Below, piece by piece: positions 30,101 to 38,739 of a stretch of 64,000 nucleotides of DNA (position 1 is its first letter; every line of letters begins with the position of its first letter). The notes under the pieces were generated by a model that saw only the letters and a list, made by a program, of their open reading frames with translations, had not been told where the DNA came from and ran no database searches. Source of the DNA: a virus (Duplodnaviria; Caudoviricetes); the IMG/VR virus record IMGVR_UViG_3300025270_000009, positions 1 to 64,000 of that record; one strand, written 5' to 3'. Both the position numbers and the translations under genes were made by a program.

Positions 30101-31507
30101 AGCCTTTAATTTGTGCTGTTCTGCCAGTGACTCTGAATTTGAGGCTGCAGCTGCACTATCCGCCGATTCCCCGGCTTTCAGTGTCGCTGTCGATTCTGAG
30201 TCTGACGCCTCTGAAGCTTTTTGAGAAGCTATTTGTTCGCTGTTAGCCGCTGCCGTCTCGCTATTTTTCGCGGCATTTGCGCTGTTCTTTGAATCAACCG
30301 ACCAATGATAAGCAGAATACTCGCCAGTTAATACCTCAACGCCGTAAGCCTCTTCAGCCCATTTCTTAGCCAAGTTTTTGCTATCTGCTGCATCTAATGA
30401 GTGAGAGGCTGCATTTTGCTTGTGCTGCTCTGACAAGTTTGCATCGCTAGAAGCACTTGATGCTTTTTGGGTAGCCACCTGCTCGCTTGCTGCCGCCTTT
30501 TGCTCACTTTCAGAAGCTTTTACTGAGTAGTGGTAAGCTGAGTATTTGCCAGTTGTTACTTCTACATCAACATCTTCAGTCGCCCAACTTAGAGCCTCCA
30601 GGCGGTGTTGATTTGAAGCTGTTTCGCTTTGCTTTGCCGCTTGCTCTGATGAGGCCGAATTGGTTTCAGACTTTTTAGCGTTGGTTTCTGAAGTATTTGC
30701 AGCGTCAGCGCTCGCTTTAGACTCTACCGACCAGTGATAGGCAGAGTAAAGTCCGGTCTCTACCTGCACGTTGTGAGCTTCTTGTGCCCACTTTTGAGAC
30801 TTCTGCTCGCTTGCAAGAGACGCCGTTTCGCTATCCTTTGCTGCAACTTGGCTATCTGAAGCTGCCGCTGCTGAATTGCTTGCCGCTGTTGCTTTTGAAG
30901 AAGCGAGTGATGCACTTGCCGCAGAGTTGCCTTCGCTGTCAGCAGAATTTATTTCACTGTTTCTTGCGGCTGTTGCGGAGTTTGAGGCTTCTAACGCTTT
31001 TGCCGCCGCCCTGTCCGCCTCATCTTTTGCATTTTGGGCGTACATTGGTGCGTCACCAATCAATGCTAAATCTGCCTGAACCTGGTCAGCATTTTGCTGA
31101 ATTTGATAGGTCATCTGAGGCAAAGTTTCTATTTGAGTGGCACCTGAAGGACCGTGGACTTCGACGGTGCCCATTTCATTGAGCCAGATGTCCATTTTCG
31201 TAAACCAACCAGTAAAAGCATCGTTTTGCTTTGATACCTGGCGTGTTACTTCTCGCAAGTCTACTGTTGTTGGTAGCAATAAGCCTTTAACTCCAGCCTG
31301 ATCTGCGTATGGCCAGGGCTTTTTAAGGGTTAGCTCGTAGTCTGAACCTGAGACCTTTGTAGCTCCCACAACGGCCACTGGAAGGCCTTGCTCTGTGAAA
31401 AGAGCAATGGTTTCTGACAGAACAAAGTCCTGGGTATCTAGTGATGCTTGCACCACTGTCGCGCCGGATGTGACGGACAGTGATGTAATGTTGATAATCT
31501 CTTTCAT
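27116..31507 (-). CDS. Long tail fibre with C-terminal peptidase S74 intramolecular chaperone
   Basis: Ala/Ser coiled-coil repeats, fibre repeats, SDERLKENI autocleavage motif, GFIAQ. Confidence 0.9.
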   Translation of the reverse strand: MKEIINITSLSVTSGATVVQASLDTQDFVLSETIALFTEQGLPVAVVGATKVSGSDYELTLKKPWPYADQAGVKGLLLPTTVDLREVTRQVSKQNDAFTGWFTKMDIWLNEMGTVEVHGPSGATQIETLPQMTYQIQQNADQVQADLALIGDAPMYAQNAKDEADRAAAKALEASNSATAARNSEINSADSEGNSAASASLASSKATAASNSAAAASDSQVAAKDSETASLASEQKSQKWAQEAHNVQVETGLYSAYHWSVESKASADAANTSETNAKKSETNSASSEQAAKQSETASNQHRLEALSWATEDVDVEVTTGKYSAYHYSVKASESEQKAAASEQVATQKASSASSDANLSEQHKQNAASHSLDAADSKNLAKKWAEEAYGVEVLTGEYSAYHWSVDSKNSANAAKNSETAAANSEQIASQKASEASDSESTATLKAGESADSAAAASNSESLAEQHKLKAKEWSEKDVDIEVETGLYSSRHHATKSAGSAAEALQSEQAAGQHKSDASYFMSQAQSHMNKAMQWAEEADGVEVETGKYSSKHWSSVSKGYSEEAKQAAQALTGGMYMGGQWDASTGQVPPTPDVGSVFYKIVNSGTILGIEYAPGDSIIYNPQNSEWFKQDGSDKVDSVNGYVGSVNLTYSDVNALPDTWTPSWSQVKNKPATATRWPTLSEIGAKAEGWTPSWSEVTGKPATATRWPSWSEVTSKPDFVLRSDRMGGTTKKVNTSGRYIDPTSSGFIKINVGSDNVMFSARVVVWSYSGLLDITVGGYTYISGGSWFRTHVSGRADKDYEGVKVRFVTEGGERYILIGEETTNWSHIHVSVQDLVIGYGSTSSNFDITFETSHSGVVDKTHEVLPNRHPTASEIDSGIIPTSVLPSSALIGDTQYSSGAGLSLNGTTFSLQGDVFNSSGTYSSLRARATTAGDVGLGSVRNEDVRKFGLGYKKSLSSADDAGGQKSGFYSAGNHAGSAIGSYPTFITSGGGGNGFQIGVAALQDRLFFRRFRDGSFIGSREIYHTGHKPTPGEIGAAQASHSHSYLPLSGGSLSGDLAISKSNPWLTIDSPGSGGTGTDQGAGISIGESGKKGSAALHLTYTGDGKGWIGMGSVTDSIPSNKVMQFYYTDQLVRFFSTPQVNGKRVYHEGHKPKYSELGVVSSTASQNVGGIKTFNGTRLEIENPVNAWKYIRLKSGNTTKWDLASNENDASGSFQIRVGGGPDTRYLFHTDGTFQTNKIAVDGRVHYKEGNDWISIDARFGSGGTPSDAGILHINGTNGSGGTYGNSGIALYDGGSYHYFWARSSQWTRHTTQYGYIDFGPANTSAAHIYTDRVKFYFNKSLDTKGNVTAYASDERLKENIERIPDALKKLSKLNGVTFDWKKNCEDLGFSPSMRHETGFIAQNVREVIPDAVVPAPFDNEYLTVHKEKIIALLVEALKEEKFERESLEIRLDKIERMIGAA

Positions 31508-31571
31508 TTCGCCACCCTTTTAAAATCTTTCCTCTATTCTAATATATATATCTAAGTACTGAAATATAAAG

Positions 31572-34500
31572 TTAGTCCCGTTTGTGACCTATTGCCGTTA
31601 CATATTCTGATTCTTTTAGTATCTGGAACGATAAAATTTGACGTGAAAACTGAACTTTAGAGTCGGGCCAGGAACCATCCAGTGACGCCTCCATATAACA
31701 GTCAAAAACAGGGCTTGTGTTTTTAGGAACAGTAAGCGCTACTTTTTTAGTTAAAACTTCTTCTCCTCTATTTACCTGATTGTATCGGTGGCTCTCGTAA
31801 TTTCCATCCCTGAACCATTCAAGCAAAAATGAATTTTCTAAATTAGGGGCATTATCACTCCCGTCAACTATAATTCCGTCAACAATAACTATTCTGTCCG
31901 AAGGCGCTTCTTTAATGGACAGCCTTAGCACTCTTTTCCTCTCGCCACCTATTCCGTCATAAAAAGATGCAAATTCAAGCTCTACAAATCCACCGGCTGA
32001 CTGCTCACCTATAATTTTTTCAGCTCTCACCGTTCCAGTGAAGTTACCATCAACACCATTCAATGTTGCCCCGGTGATATTGTTACCAACAAGATCACCC
32101 TTGAACACGGCAGATCCACTCTTCTTAACGTAAAACACAGCGTTGCCGTCAGTTTGAGAGCCCTTTCCCGACCATATAGCGTAATTACCCCCTCCACCGA
32201 CTACGGTTCTGTTCCCGTTATAAGATGGAGAAGCGGTTCTGTAATAGCCGCCTGTGAATGATGTACCGTTGATCGTTCCGCCATTGATCGTCCCGCTCTC
32301 AAAGGTGGATGATTTTAGGTGTCCCCGAATGACCATTTCCGAACCGTCCCAGGTTATCGGACTCATGTTTCTACTTGCCGAATAAACCTCCAACTCTTCT
32401 GCAGCCAAACGAATTTTGCTCTGCGAGCTTGAACCGTTTACATGAACGCCGGTTAACACACCATTTGAGTTAACCCCGACAAAAGAGCGAGCCATTAGCT
32501 CGCCTGTATCGTCTTCTAACGCTCTAAAATAGCTTAGCGCTTGAATGGTATTGCCCGAACCATCTGTGAGCTCTGCTGCTTTAAGGCTTTCTGCAAATGG
32601 GGATGCTGCACGCCACACACCTCCGGCTGCTTCACAGGCAGAGGGTGTTTCGTGAGAGGTTACGCTTCCGCTTTTCATGCAGTAGCCAACCATCGTTCTA
32701 TTGTTGGTCTTTATTGATGACGATATTTCGCTATTTAAGCTAGACTCTAACCGAGTTAACGCCTGGGATCTCGCCGTTGACTCATTGGATATCGCATCAT
32801 TAACCTCATTTATAGCCGACTTTCTGTCGTTTATTTCTCCGGTTATTGCTGTATCCAGGCTGTTGTACTGAGACACTCGAGTACTGGTTTCATTAGATAT
32901 AGCCTGATTGACAGACGTTATCGCTGCCTTTCTTTCCGTGGTTTCGTTGCTTATTGCTGCATCGAGACTGTTAAACTGAGTTGCTCGAGTTGAAGCCTCG
33001 GAAGATATCGATTCGTTTACTGACTTTATCTCTGAAGCCCTTGTCGTGCTCTCATCAGATATAGCAGTGTTAACCTTGCTAATGTCGGTAGCTCTAGCCT
33101 GGCTCTCTGAAGCGATTGACTCCTGGAGGCTGCTGACCGCTGACTGTCTGGCCTGGGTTTCGTCAGACAGTGAAGAGTTGAGCTGACTGATCGCCGTCGC
33201 TCTGGTTTCACTTTCTGTCGTAATTGACTTTTGAAGGTTTGTTATCGCTGACTTTCTTGTTGCGCTCTCATCTTCGATCTGAGAAACAATCGATTCTCTA
33301 GCCGATGCTGACGCCTGTTTCTCGGTAGCAATCGTCTCGTCTATGCGTACTATCTCTGCCTGTACCGCCTTGTCGTTCTTTACGATCTCAGAAGATATTC
33401 TCTCTATCTGGTAAGAGTGCTGAGCGTCGGATCTTTTCGACTCCCCACCACCTACAATGTCCATGAGGTTTTGCTGTAAAATCTTTTCCAGCTCAGCCTC
33501 GCTTTTGAATGCTGAGTCGCTTATGTCATTCAGTCTGTCGTCGTATTGCTCCTCTAAGGTTTGCAGTTCACCTTCTACAGCCTCAACCTTTTCATCTACG
33601 TTTTTGATAGAGTCGTTGACCTGCTGAACAACCTCGTCAGAAATTGAGTCTATGGAGTCAAATAGAACCGTTATTATCCACGGCGTAGCAACGCCTAAAC
33701 GGTAATACCGGGTTGCTTGAAACTTGTGCGCGTCAGTTGTCTTCTTTGACCAAAGCTCAGACTTTGTTTCTGGCGTGCCAACCATAGAAAGCGTGTAATC
33801 AGCCGGCCCTGTGAAGTACATCACCTCGATGCCTTCTTTTGAGCGCAAGTCAAACTCTGCCGGTGTCGTCAGAAGCTCATGAACCGGCTCTACTTCGTTT
33901 TCGGCGCCTGATATGTCAGCAGGTATAACGACATAGTCATAATAGGTATTCGTCTGAATTGGCTCGTCTACATAGTAGGTTTGAGTTGTTTTCGCTATCA
34001 GATCGAAGCCGTCTGGAATTGTGCCGTCTTCATTGAATTGAAAAACTGGAGCCGGCGTCAAAGGTCTACCTTCAGAGTCTCGAGCAAAACCCTGAGAGCG
34101 TCTTAGAACCTTGTAATGGCCAACAATGTCTTCGCCAATGTCATTCTTCGCGTCAGCCCATGACAAAACAGCGGTGTCCTGAAAAAGCGCAACAGAGAAT
34201 TCGTCAGGCTTTTCGGGTGCGGTATTGTGCTCTATCAGAATTGTTCCGAAAGATGACTGCTCTAATTCCTGAACAGACACGCCGTTTCTAGCGCAAACGA
34301 TGACCTTTACACGATCAAGGTGTTCAACCTCGATATCACTATATGTTCCGGCTCTCGACTGGTAAAGCTTAGGGTCTTCGTCGTTTTTGGAAACCCAAAC
34401 ATCGGCCTGTTGAAACAAGTTGGATTCAGGGTATGACCAATAAGCGGTCAATATGAGCCTTCTAAGAGACCCCTGACCCCTCATGTTTACCTCAAAACTA

Positions 34501-37340
34501 ATGTCGGTTACAGGCTTTATCTTTTCGTCAATTGGTGGCGTATAGCTTGGTAACGGACCAGTCTCACCTGAAGTCATCAGCTCCGGCACATATTCCATGC
34601 CAGTTATTTCGTACTCGTAAACGTCTGAGCTTTTTACGCCGGTTATTAAGAACTGCTTTTTGCGGTACTGAACTTCACCTAAAGACCAAGCCAGACCTTT
34701 AGCGTTTGAAGGCAGCAAACCGTCGAGGGAAATTTCATTGTGTGTACCAGGCCCGGTTGTTACGGTTCTGCTTTGAACCACGTCTTTTGCATACGCAATG
34801 CAAGCGTTGCCTGTGCCTGTGATATTTCTGTCAACCTGGACCACGCTGTCATTCAGGTAACCAAGAACTATGTACTCTTCACCGTCGAAAACGATTTGAG
34901 ATATATTCTGATCAGCAAAATCGCCCAGTGTGAACTTGTTGTCTGTAAAGCTGACAACTTCAACTTCCCCCAAAGACAAAGATGGAAACTGAACAATCAG
35001 CTCATACTCTGACTCGTTAAGGGTGACTTCTTTATCAAGTTCAAGAATTGAGTTTCCGTTTGAATCCAGGTGCTCTGAAACCCGACCACCAACAGACCAG
35101 TTAGGCATAGGGTGTTGGATATAGACAACATCGCCTATCTGAACATCTTTACCCTCAAGCGTCGAAGTAAAGGATACAGTTTGGCCAACTCTGTTCATGT
35201 TGAGGGCAAACATACCCTCATCAAAGGCCTGTTGATAATCAACAACGCCGTGTAGAGTTAACTGCGTCGCCCGAGGCTCGTCACCTCTTTGAAAGGCCAG
35301 CTGATCATAAACTTTAAACTCAGAACGCTTGTAATCGTTCTCGCGGTCATAAAATATAACATCTATCTCATTAGCCCGGTCTTCACTTCCAGACCAGGAT
35401 ATAGACAGTGAGCCCGATTTTATGTTTGATTCGTTGAACAGCATTGACGGCATTTTCGGATGAATAATGCTGACGCTGAACAAGTCGCCGTGCATTGTTC
35501 TCCTTGCATGGCCAACTTTGTAAACTGACTTCAGTGAGTCAAATATATTGCCGTCAGTATCGAATGTTCCGTTGAACATCCAGCCGTTCTCGTCACACAC
35601 TTTCGCCCACTTTATGAAAGCGGGTAAGTCCATCTGAGATCTGTCGTACCGGCCGCCCCAACGCTTATGAGTTAGAACGTTGTAAGTTATCCAGGCCGGG
35701 TTCGCAGTGTTTTCTTTTTTCCACTCTCCCGTTTCAGAATCGTAAACGTCGAGTACTGCGCCTTCCAGGTCAAATGTGACGTTTGGAATTCTTGAAAGCT
35801 GATCGGTTACCAAAACCTCAACGCCTAAAAGCGCCGTGTGCTTGTAAGACACACCGTAAGGCATAGACTCTACAATGTCGTTAAGCTGCCAATCAGAAGG
35901 CAGTGGATTTCCGTTCTCGTCATTTCTTTGAGGTGAAATACGATCAATCATCACCTCGTACTTTTGAGGCTTAACTGGGCGAGACGATATGTTGTATCTG
36001 TACGGCGACATCACTTTTTTTCTGATCTTGTGGATGCCGTTTTCGTTGTAGTTGCTTCTTATTCCGTATGGCGTTGAGGAACCGCTTATACGACCAACCT
36101 CTTCCTCCTCTCCAGTGTGTATATTCACACCTTTGATTATTTTTCGAGGCTTTTTGTATTGAGGTTTAGTGCGTCTAGGCTCTCTTGATCCGCGATACCG
36201 GTCTTCACCCTCTCTTATGAGGCTGTTCTCAGCAACGTCTCTCCCATGCTCCCTGATGGTGAAGTCTTTATAATCCCTTACGTCAACAACCGATTCGTAA
36301 GTTATCCCGCCTTCTGTAAACTCTTTGGTGTTTGGGTAAAACTCACCATCGCTTTCTGAAATAGGAATTCCAGACGCATTACTTATAAACTCTAAATCGC
36401 CCTCTTTCGACCCTGTTTGTAGGTACTGCCAGGGCTCATTAGAACCTAGCGGTCTCATTTTGATCGCTAGCTTTATTGAGGCCGACTGCATTTCGTTTTT
36501 CACCAAGTCATAAAGTCTTGGAATGGTAACGGATAGATCTATCTTGTTAGGCTCATTGTTCGTTTCGAAAGTGAATAGATCATGCTCGTTTTTGAACGAA
36601 AAGCCTATGTTCTTGACCTCTTTTACGGTCTCGAATCCTGGTATCTCTGCCTGATCTGCTGTCCCAAGGCGCTTAGTGATGGTTGGATTGAAAGACTCAG
36701 CATCAATATCGTTAAACTTGATATTGGTTATGTCCTTTATTGGCCCCTCACCGGCGTTGATAAGCATATAGAGGTACTGCTCGCGACCTCTATTGTCGGT
36801 GTATAAAGAAACAATGTTACCGGCTACCCGACTCTTACCAAATGTTATTGGTACAGGTATGCCCTCTCTTGAGGTGTTTTTAGGACCGTCTATTCCGTAG
36901 GTAGGCGACTCCCCTCCAGACATTCCCTCTGAAGCGTCCATGTTTGGAGTTTCAAATGGTAAAATTGCGTTTATTAACAACGTACCACCGGCCGCTACTG
37001 CGGCTGCAGCCCAGGCTCCGTATGCTGCGTATGCGCCCTGAGTGACAACCGTCAGTATGATCGTCGCTATTATTCTGACAATAGTCTTGCCGTCATTATC
37101 CCCGCCGCCTGGGAGGACAAGTATTGAAAGTACCTCTCCGGCCTTCGGCACAACAGTGCCATACTCATGCTCTTCTATCTCTCGCCCATTCAGCTGAACT
37201 GAGAAATCTAGGTCAGTATTAACACCATAAAGTAGGTCTTTAATGGTGCGGTCTTCCGCTTCAACACTTAAATGCTCGAAGTCGTAAAGATCAAAAGGGT
37301 TACTGAAAATCAGCGTTTCAATCGTGTTACTTTGGCTCAT
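31572..37340 (-). CDS. Tail tip / host-specificity protein (lambda gpI+gpJ-like)
   Basis: N-terminal ubiquitin-like gpI part, PVPITFG, GEGPI, NPAWI, FN3-like and coiled-coil regions; start likely MSQSN at 37340. Confidence 0.88.
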   Translation of the reverse strand: MSQSNTIETLIFSNPFDLYDFEHLSVEAEDRTIKDLLYGVNTDLDFSVQLNGREIEEHEYGTVVPKAGEVLSILVLPGGGDNDGKTIVRIIATIILTVVTQGAYAAYGAWAAAAVAAGGTLLINAILPFETPNMDASEGMSGGESPTYGIDGPKNTSREGIPVPITFGKSRVAGNIVSLYTDNRGREQYLYMLINAGEGPIKDITNIKFNDIDAESFNPTITKRLGTADQAEIPGFETVKEVKNIGFSFKNEHDLFTFETNNEPNKIDLSVTIPRLYDLVKNEMQSASIKLAIKMRPLGSNEPWQYLQTGSKEGDLEFISNASGIPISESDGEFYPNTKEFTEGGITYESVVDVRDYKDFTIREHGRDVAENSLIREGEDRYRGSREPRRTKPQYKKPRKIIKGVNIHTGEEEEVGRISGSSTPYGIRSNYNENGIHKIRKKVMSPYRYNISSRPVKPQKYEVMIDRISPQRNDENGNPLPSDWQLNDIVESMPYGVSYKHTALLGVEVLVTDQLSRIPNVTFDLEGAVLDVYDSETGEWKKENTANPAWITYNVLTHKRWGGRYDRSQMDLPAFIKWAKVCDENGWMFNGTFDTDGNIFDSLKSVYKVGHARRTMHGDLFSVSIIHPKMPSMLFNESNIKSGSLSISWSGSEDRANEIDVIFYDRENDYKRSEFKVYDQLAFQRGDEPRATQLTLHGVVDYQQAFDEGMFALNMNRVGQTVSFTSTLEGKDVQIGDVVYIQHPMPNWSVGGRVSEHLDSNGNSILELDKEVTLNESEYELIVQFPSLSLGEVEVVSFTDNKFTLGDFADQNISQIVFDGEEYIVLGYLNDSVVQVDRNITGTGNACIAYAKDVVQSRTVTTGPGTHNEISLDGLLPSNAKGLAWSLGEVQYRKKQFLITGVKSSDVYEYEITGMEYVPELMTSGETGPLPSYTPPIDEKIKPVTDISFEVNMRGQGSLRRLILTAYWSYPESNLFQQADVWVSKNDEDPKLYQSRAGTYSDIEVEHLDRVKVIVCARNGVSVQELEQSSFGTILIEHNTAPEKPDEFSVALFQDTAVLSWADAKNDIGEDIVGHYKVLRRSQGFARDSEGRPLTPAPVFQFNEDGTIPDGFDLIAKTTQTYYVDEPIQTNTYYDYVVIPADISGAENEVEPVHELLTTPAEFDLRSKEGIEVMYFTGPADYTLSMVGTPETKSELWSKKTTDAHKFQATRYYRLGVATPWIITVLFDSIDSISDEVVQQVNDSIKNVDEKVEAVEGELQTLEEQYDDRLNDISDSAFKSEAELEKILQQNLMDIVGGGESKRSDAQHSYQIERISSEIVKNDKAVQAEIVRIDETIATEKQASASARESIVSQIEDESATRKSAITNLQKSITTESETRATAISQLNSSLSDETQARQSAVSSLQESIASESQARATDISKVNTAISDESTTRASEIKSVNESISSEASTRATQFNSLDAAISNETTERKAAITSVNQAISNETSTRVSQYNSLDTAITGEINDRKSAINEVNDAISNESTARSQALTRLESSLNSEISSSIKTNNRTMVGYCMKSGSVTSHETPSACEAAGGVWRAASPFAESLKAAELTDGSGNTIQALSYFRALEDDTGELMARSFVGVNSNGVLTGVHVNGSSSQSKIRLAAEELEVYSASRNMSPITWDGSEMVIRGHLKSSTFESGTINGGTINGTSFTGGYYRTASPSYNGNRTVVGGGGNYAIWSGKGSQTDGNAVFYVKKSGSAVFKGDLVGNNITGATLNGVDGNFTGTVRAEKIIGEQSAGGFVELEFASFYDGIGGERKRVLRLSIKEAPSDRIVIVDGIIVDGSDNAPNLENSFLLEWFRDGNYESHRYNQVNRGEEVLTKKVALTVPKNTSPVFDCYMEASLDGSWPDSKVQFSRQILSFQILKESEYVTAIGHKRD

Positions 37341-37704
37341 ATACTCCAACCAACCTCTTTTCCCATACACCAGAAAGGCGCTCAACAACTACCATGTCGG
37401 CGCCCTCCCAAGCGTGAATGAATTCATCATCACCCAAATAAACAGCCAGGTGGCTTTCATGTCTCTTTATTCTAAAAACCAGTATTGCGTCTCGCTTTAA
37501 ATCGCAAGGTCTGCAAATATCTCTTAAAGCAGAGAATATATTCCTGGCATTTTCAGACTGGCTCTTAGAAGACTGGTAGGACGGCAAAGGCTTTCCGGCT
37601 CGACGGTAGTATTCGTATAGAAAGCCAAAGCAATCGTAGTAGCCGTCCTCGCCTCTTGAGCCATACTTGAACGGCGCACCAACTAGATCCGAAACATCCG
37701 TCAT
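37327..37704 (-). CDS. NlpC/P60 tail assembly protein (gpK-like)
   Basis: DCFGF...HLAVYLG...FIHA. Confidence 0.88.
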   Translation of the reverse strand: MTDVSDLVGAPFKYGSRGEDGYYDCFGFLYEYYRRAGKPLPSYQSSKSQSENARNIFSALRDICRPCDLKRDAILVFRIKRHESHLAVYLGDDEFIHAWEGADMVVVERLSGVWEKRLVGVYEPK

Positions 37705-38324
37705 AGGTTTCTAACCTGTATTGACGGATACCCCCCGAAGTTTCTTACATTTCCATGCGCTTCACAGCCGTTTGGACCGTCCATCGACAAATCGCATGAC
37801 TCCATGCTGCCCGTATAACCGCACTCGGGAGACTTGTAGCGCCATTGACAGCGAAGCTTGGTCTGTCTTCTCGCCGGGAACTTCTGAGTTAACTGATTGG
37901 GTACGCCGAGATTGATTGTGGCGACATAGCTTTCCGAGTCCGAGCTAGCACTTTTTACACTGAAGCGATAAAAGGCCGGCTTCATATCAGTTTCGTTGGC
38001 GTTGACCGTTGCTATTCTTACCTTGCTACCTTTCAACCCCTGGTACCGCTCAAGGTAATTATTAAAGACAAGGTATGGGTCCGACATTGAGAGCGATACT
38101 TCAGGCAGCTCATTCTCTTTCTCATTAATGTTGAAATCGAAAGCGGCAGCTTCATAAGTGTTTCCGTTTATCACAACCGGCTCGGAGTTTTTTACTGCTC
38201 GAATCGTTTGCTCAACGTCACCCGTTTCCTGGTCGATAATGTCCAGTTCCACAGCGAGAAGACACACTACGTCTGAATTCACCGCTGATTTGTTAATTGC
38301 TGCCGCTATCGATGTATTTTTCAT
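37701..38324 (-). CDS. Minor tail protein L-like
   Basis: C-terminal Cys motif CQWRYKSPECGY...CD...C...FGGYP. Confidence 0.85.
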   Translation of the reverse strand: MKNTSIAAAINKSAVNSDVVCLLAVELDIIDQETGDVEQTIRAVKNSEPVVINGNTYEAAAFDFNINEKENELPEVSLSMSDPYLVFNNYLERYQGLKGSKVRIATVNANETDMKPAFYRFSVKSASSDSESYVATINLGVPNQLTQKFPARRQTKLRCQWRYKSPECGYTGSMESCDLSMDGPNGCEAHGNVRNFGGYPSIQVRNL

Positions 38325-38364
38325 AACTATGTCAACACTGAGATATATTTGTTTCCATTATAAA

Positions 38365-38739
38365 CTAGGCGGTCTTCAATTCAACTTTGATGTTATACCT
38401 CTTCGACTTTCCGAGGCCTTGATAAGTAACGTCTGGTTCTTTGGCAAACTTCACTTCCATGTTCTTTTCAAGTACCGGGTTGAACCAGGTGAATGTTTTG
38501 TACATACCGAACTCGTCCCACATTTGCTCGAATATGCTGTAGTGGTCTTGATCCAACATAGTGAAGCCTGTGGTGTAGACTTTTGGCGGTTTTCTGGTTG
38601 ATCGTGGTCTTCCCCATGAGTAACCATCTTCTGTTTCTATCTCTACCGCATTACTTTGAAGCTTGACGCCATAAAGCGACTGGTCCTCTCCTTCGGACCA
38701 GCCCGTTGTTTCTTTGGGTGGAAAAACTGGATCTAACAT
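38365..38739 (-). CDS. Distal tail protein (gpM-like)
   Basis: EDGY..R, FTWFNP; directly after the tape measure gene. Confidence 0.75.
   Translation of the reverse strand: MLDPVFPPKETTGWSEGEDQSLYGVKLQSNAVEIETEDGYSWGRPRSTRKPPKVYTTGFTMLDQDHYSIFEQMWDEFGMYKTFTWFNPVLEKNMEVKFAKEPDVTYQGLGKSKRYNIKVELKTA

Noticed and set aside
27116-37340. Diversity-generating retroelement or invertible tail-fibre cassette
   Set aside because: No reverse transcriptase, no invertase, and no TR/VR pair or inverted crossover sites were seen in the window.
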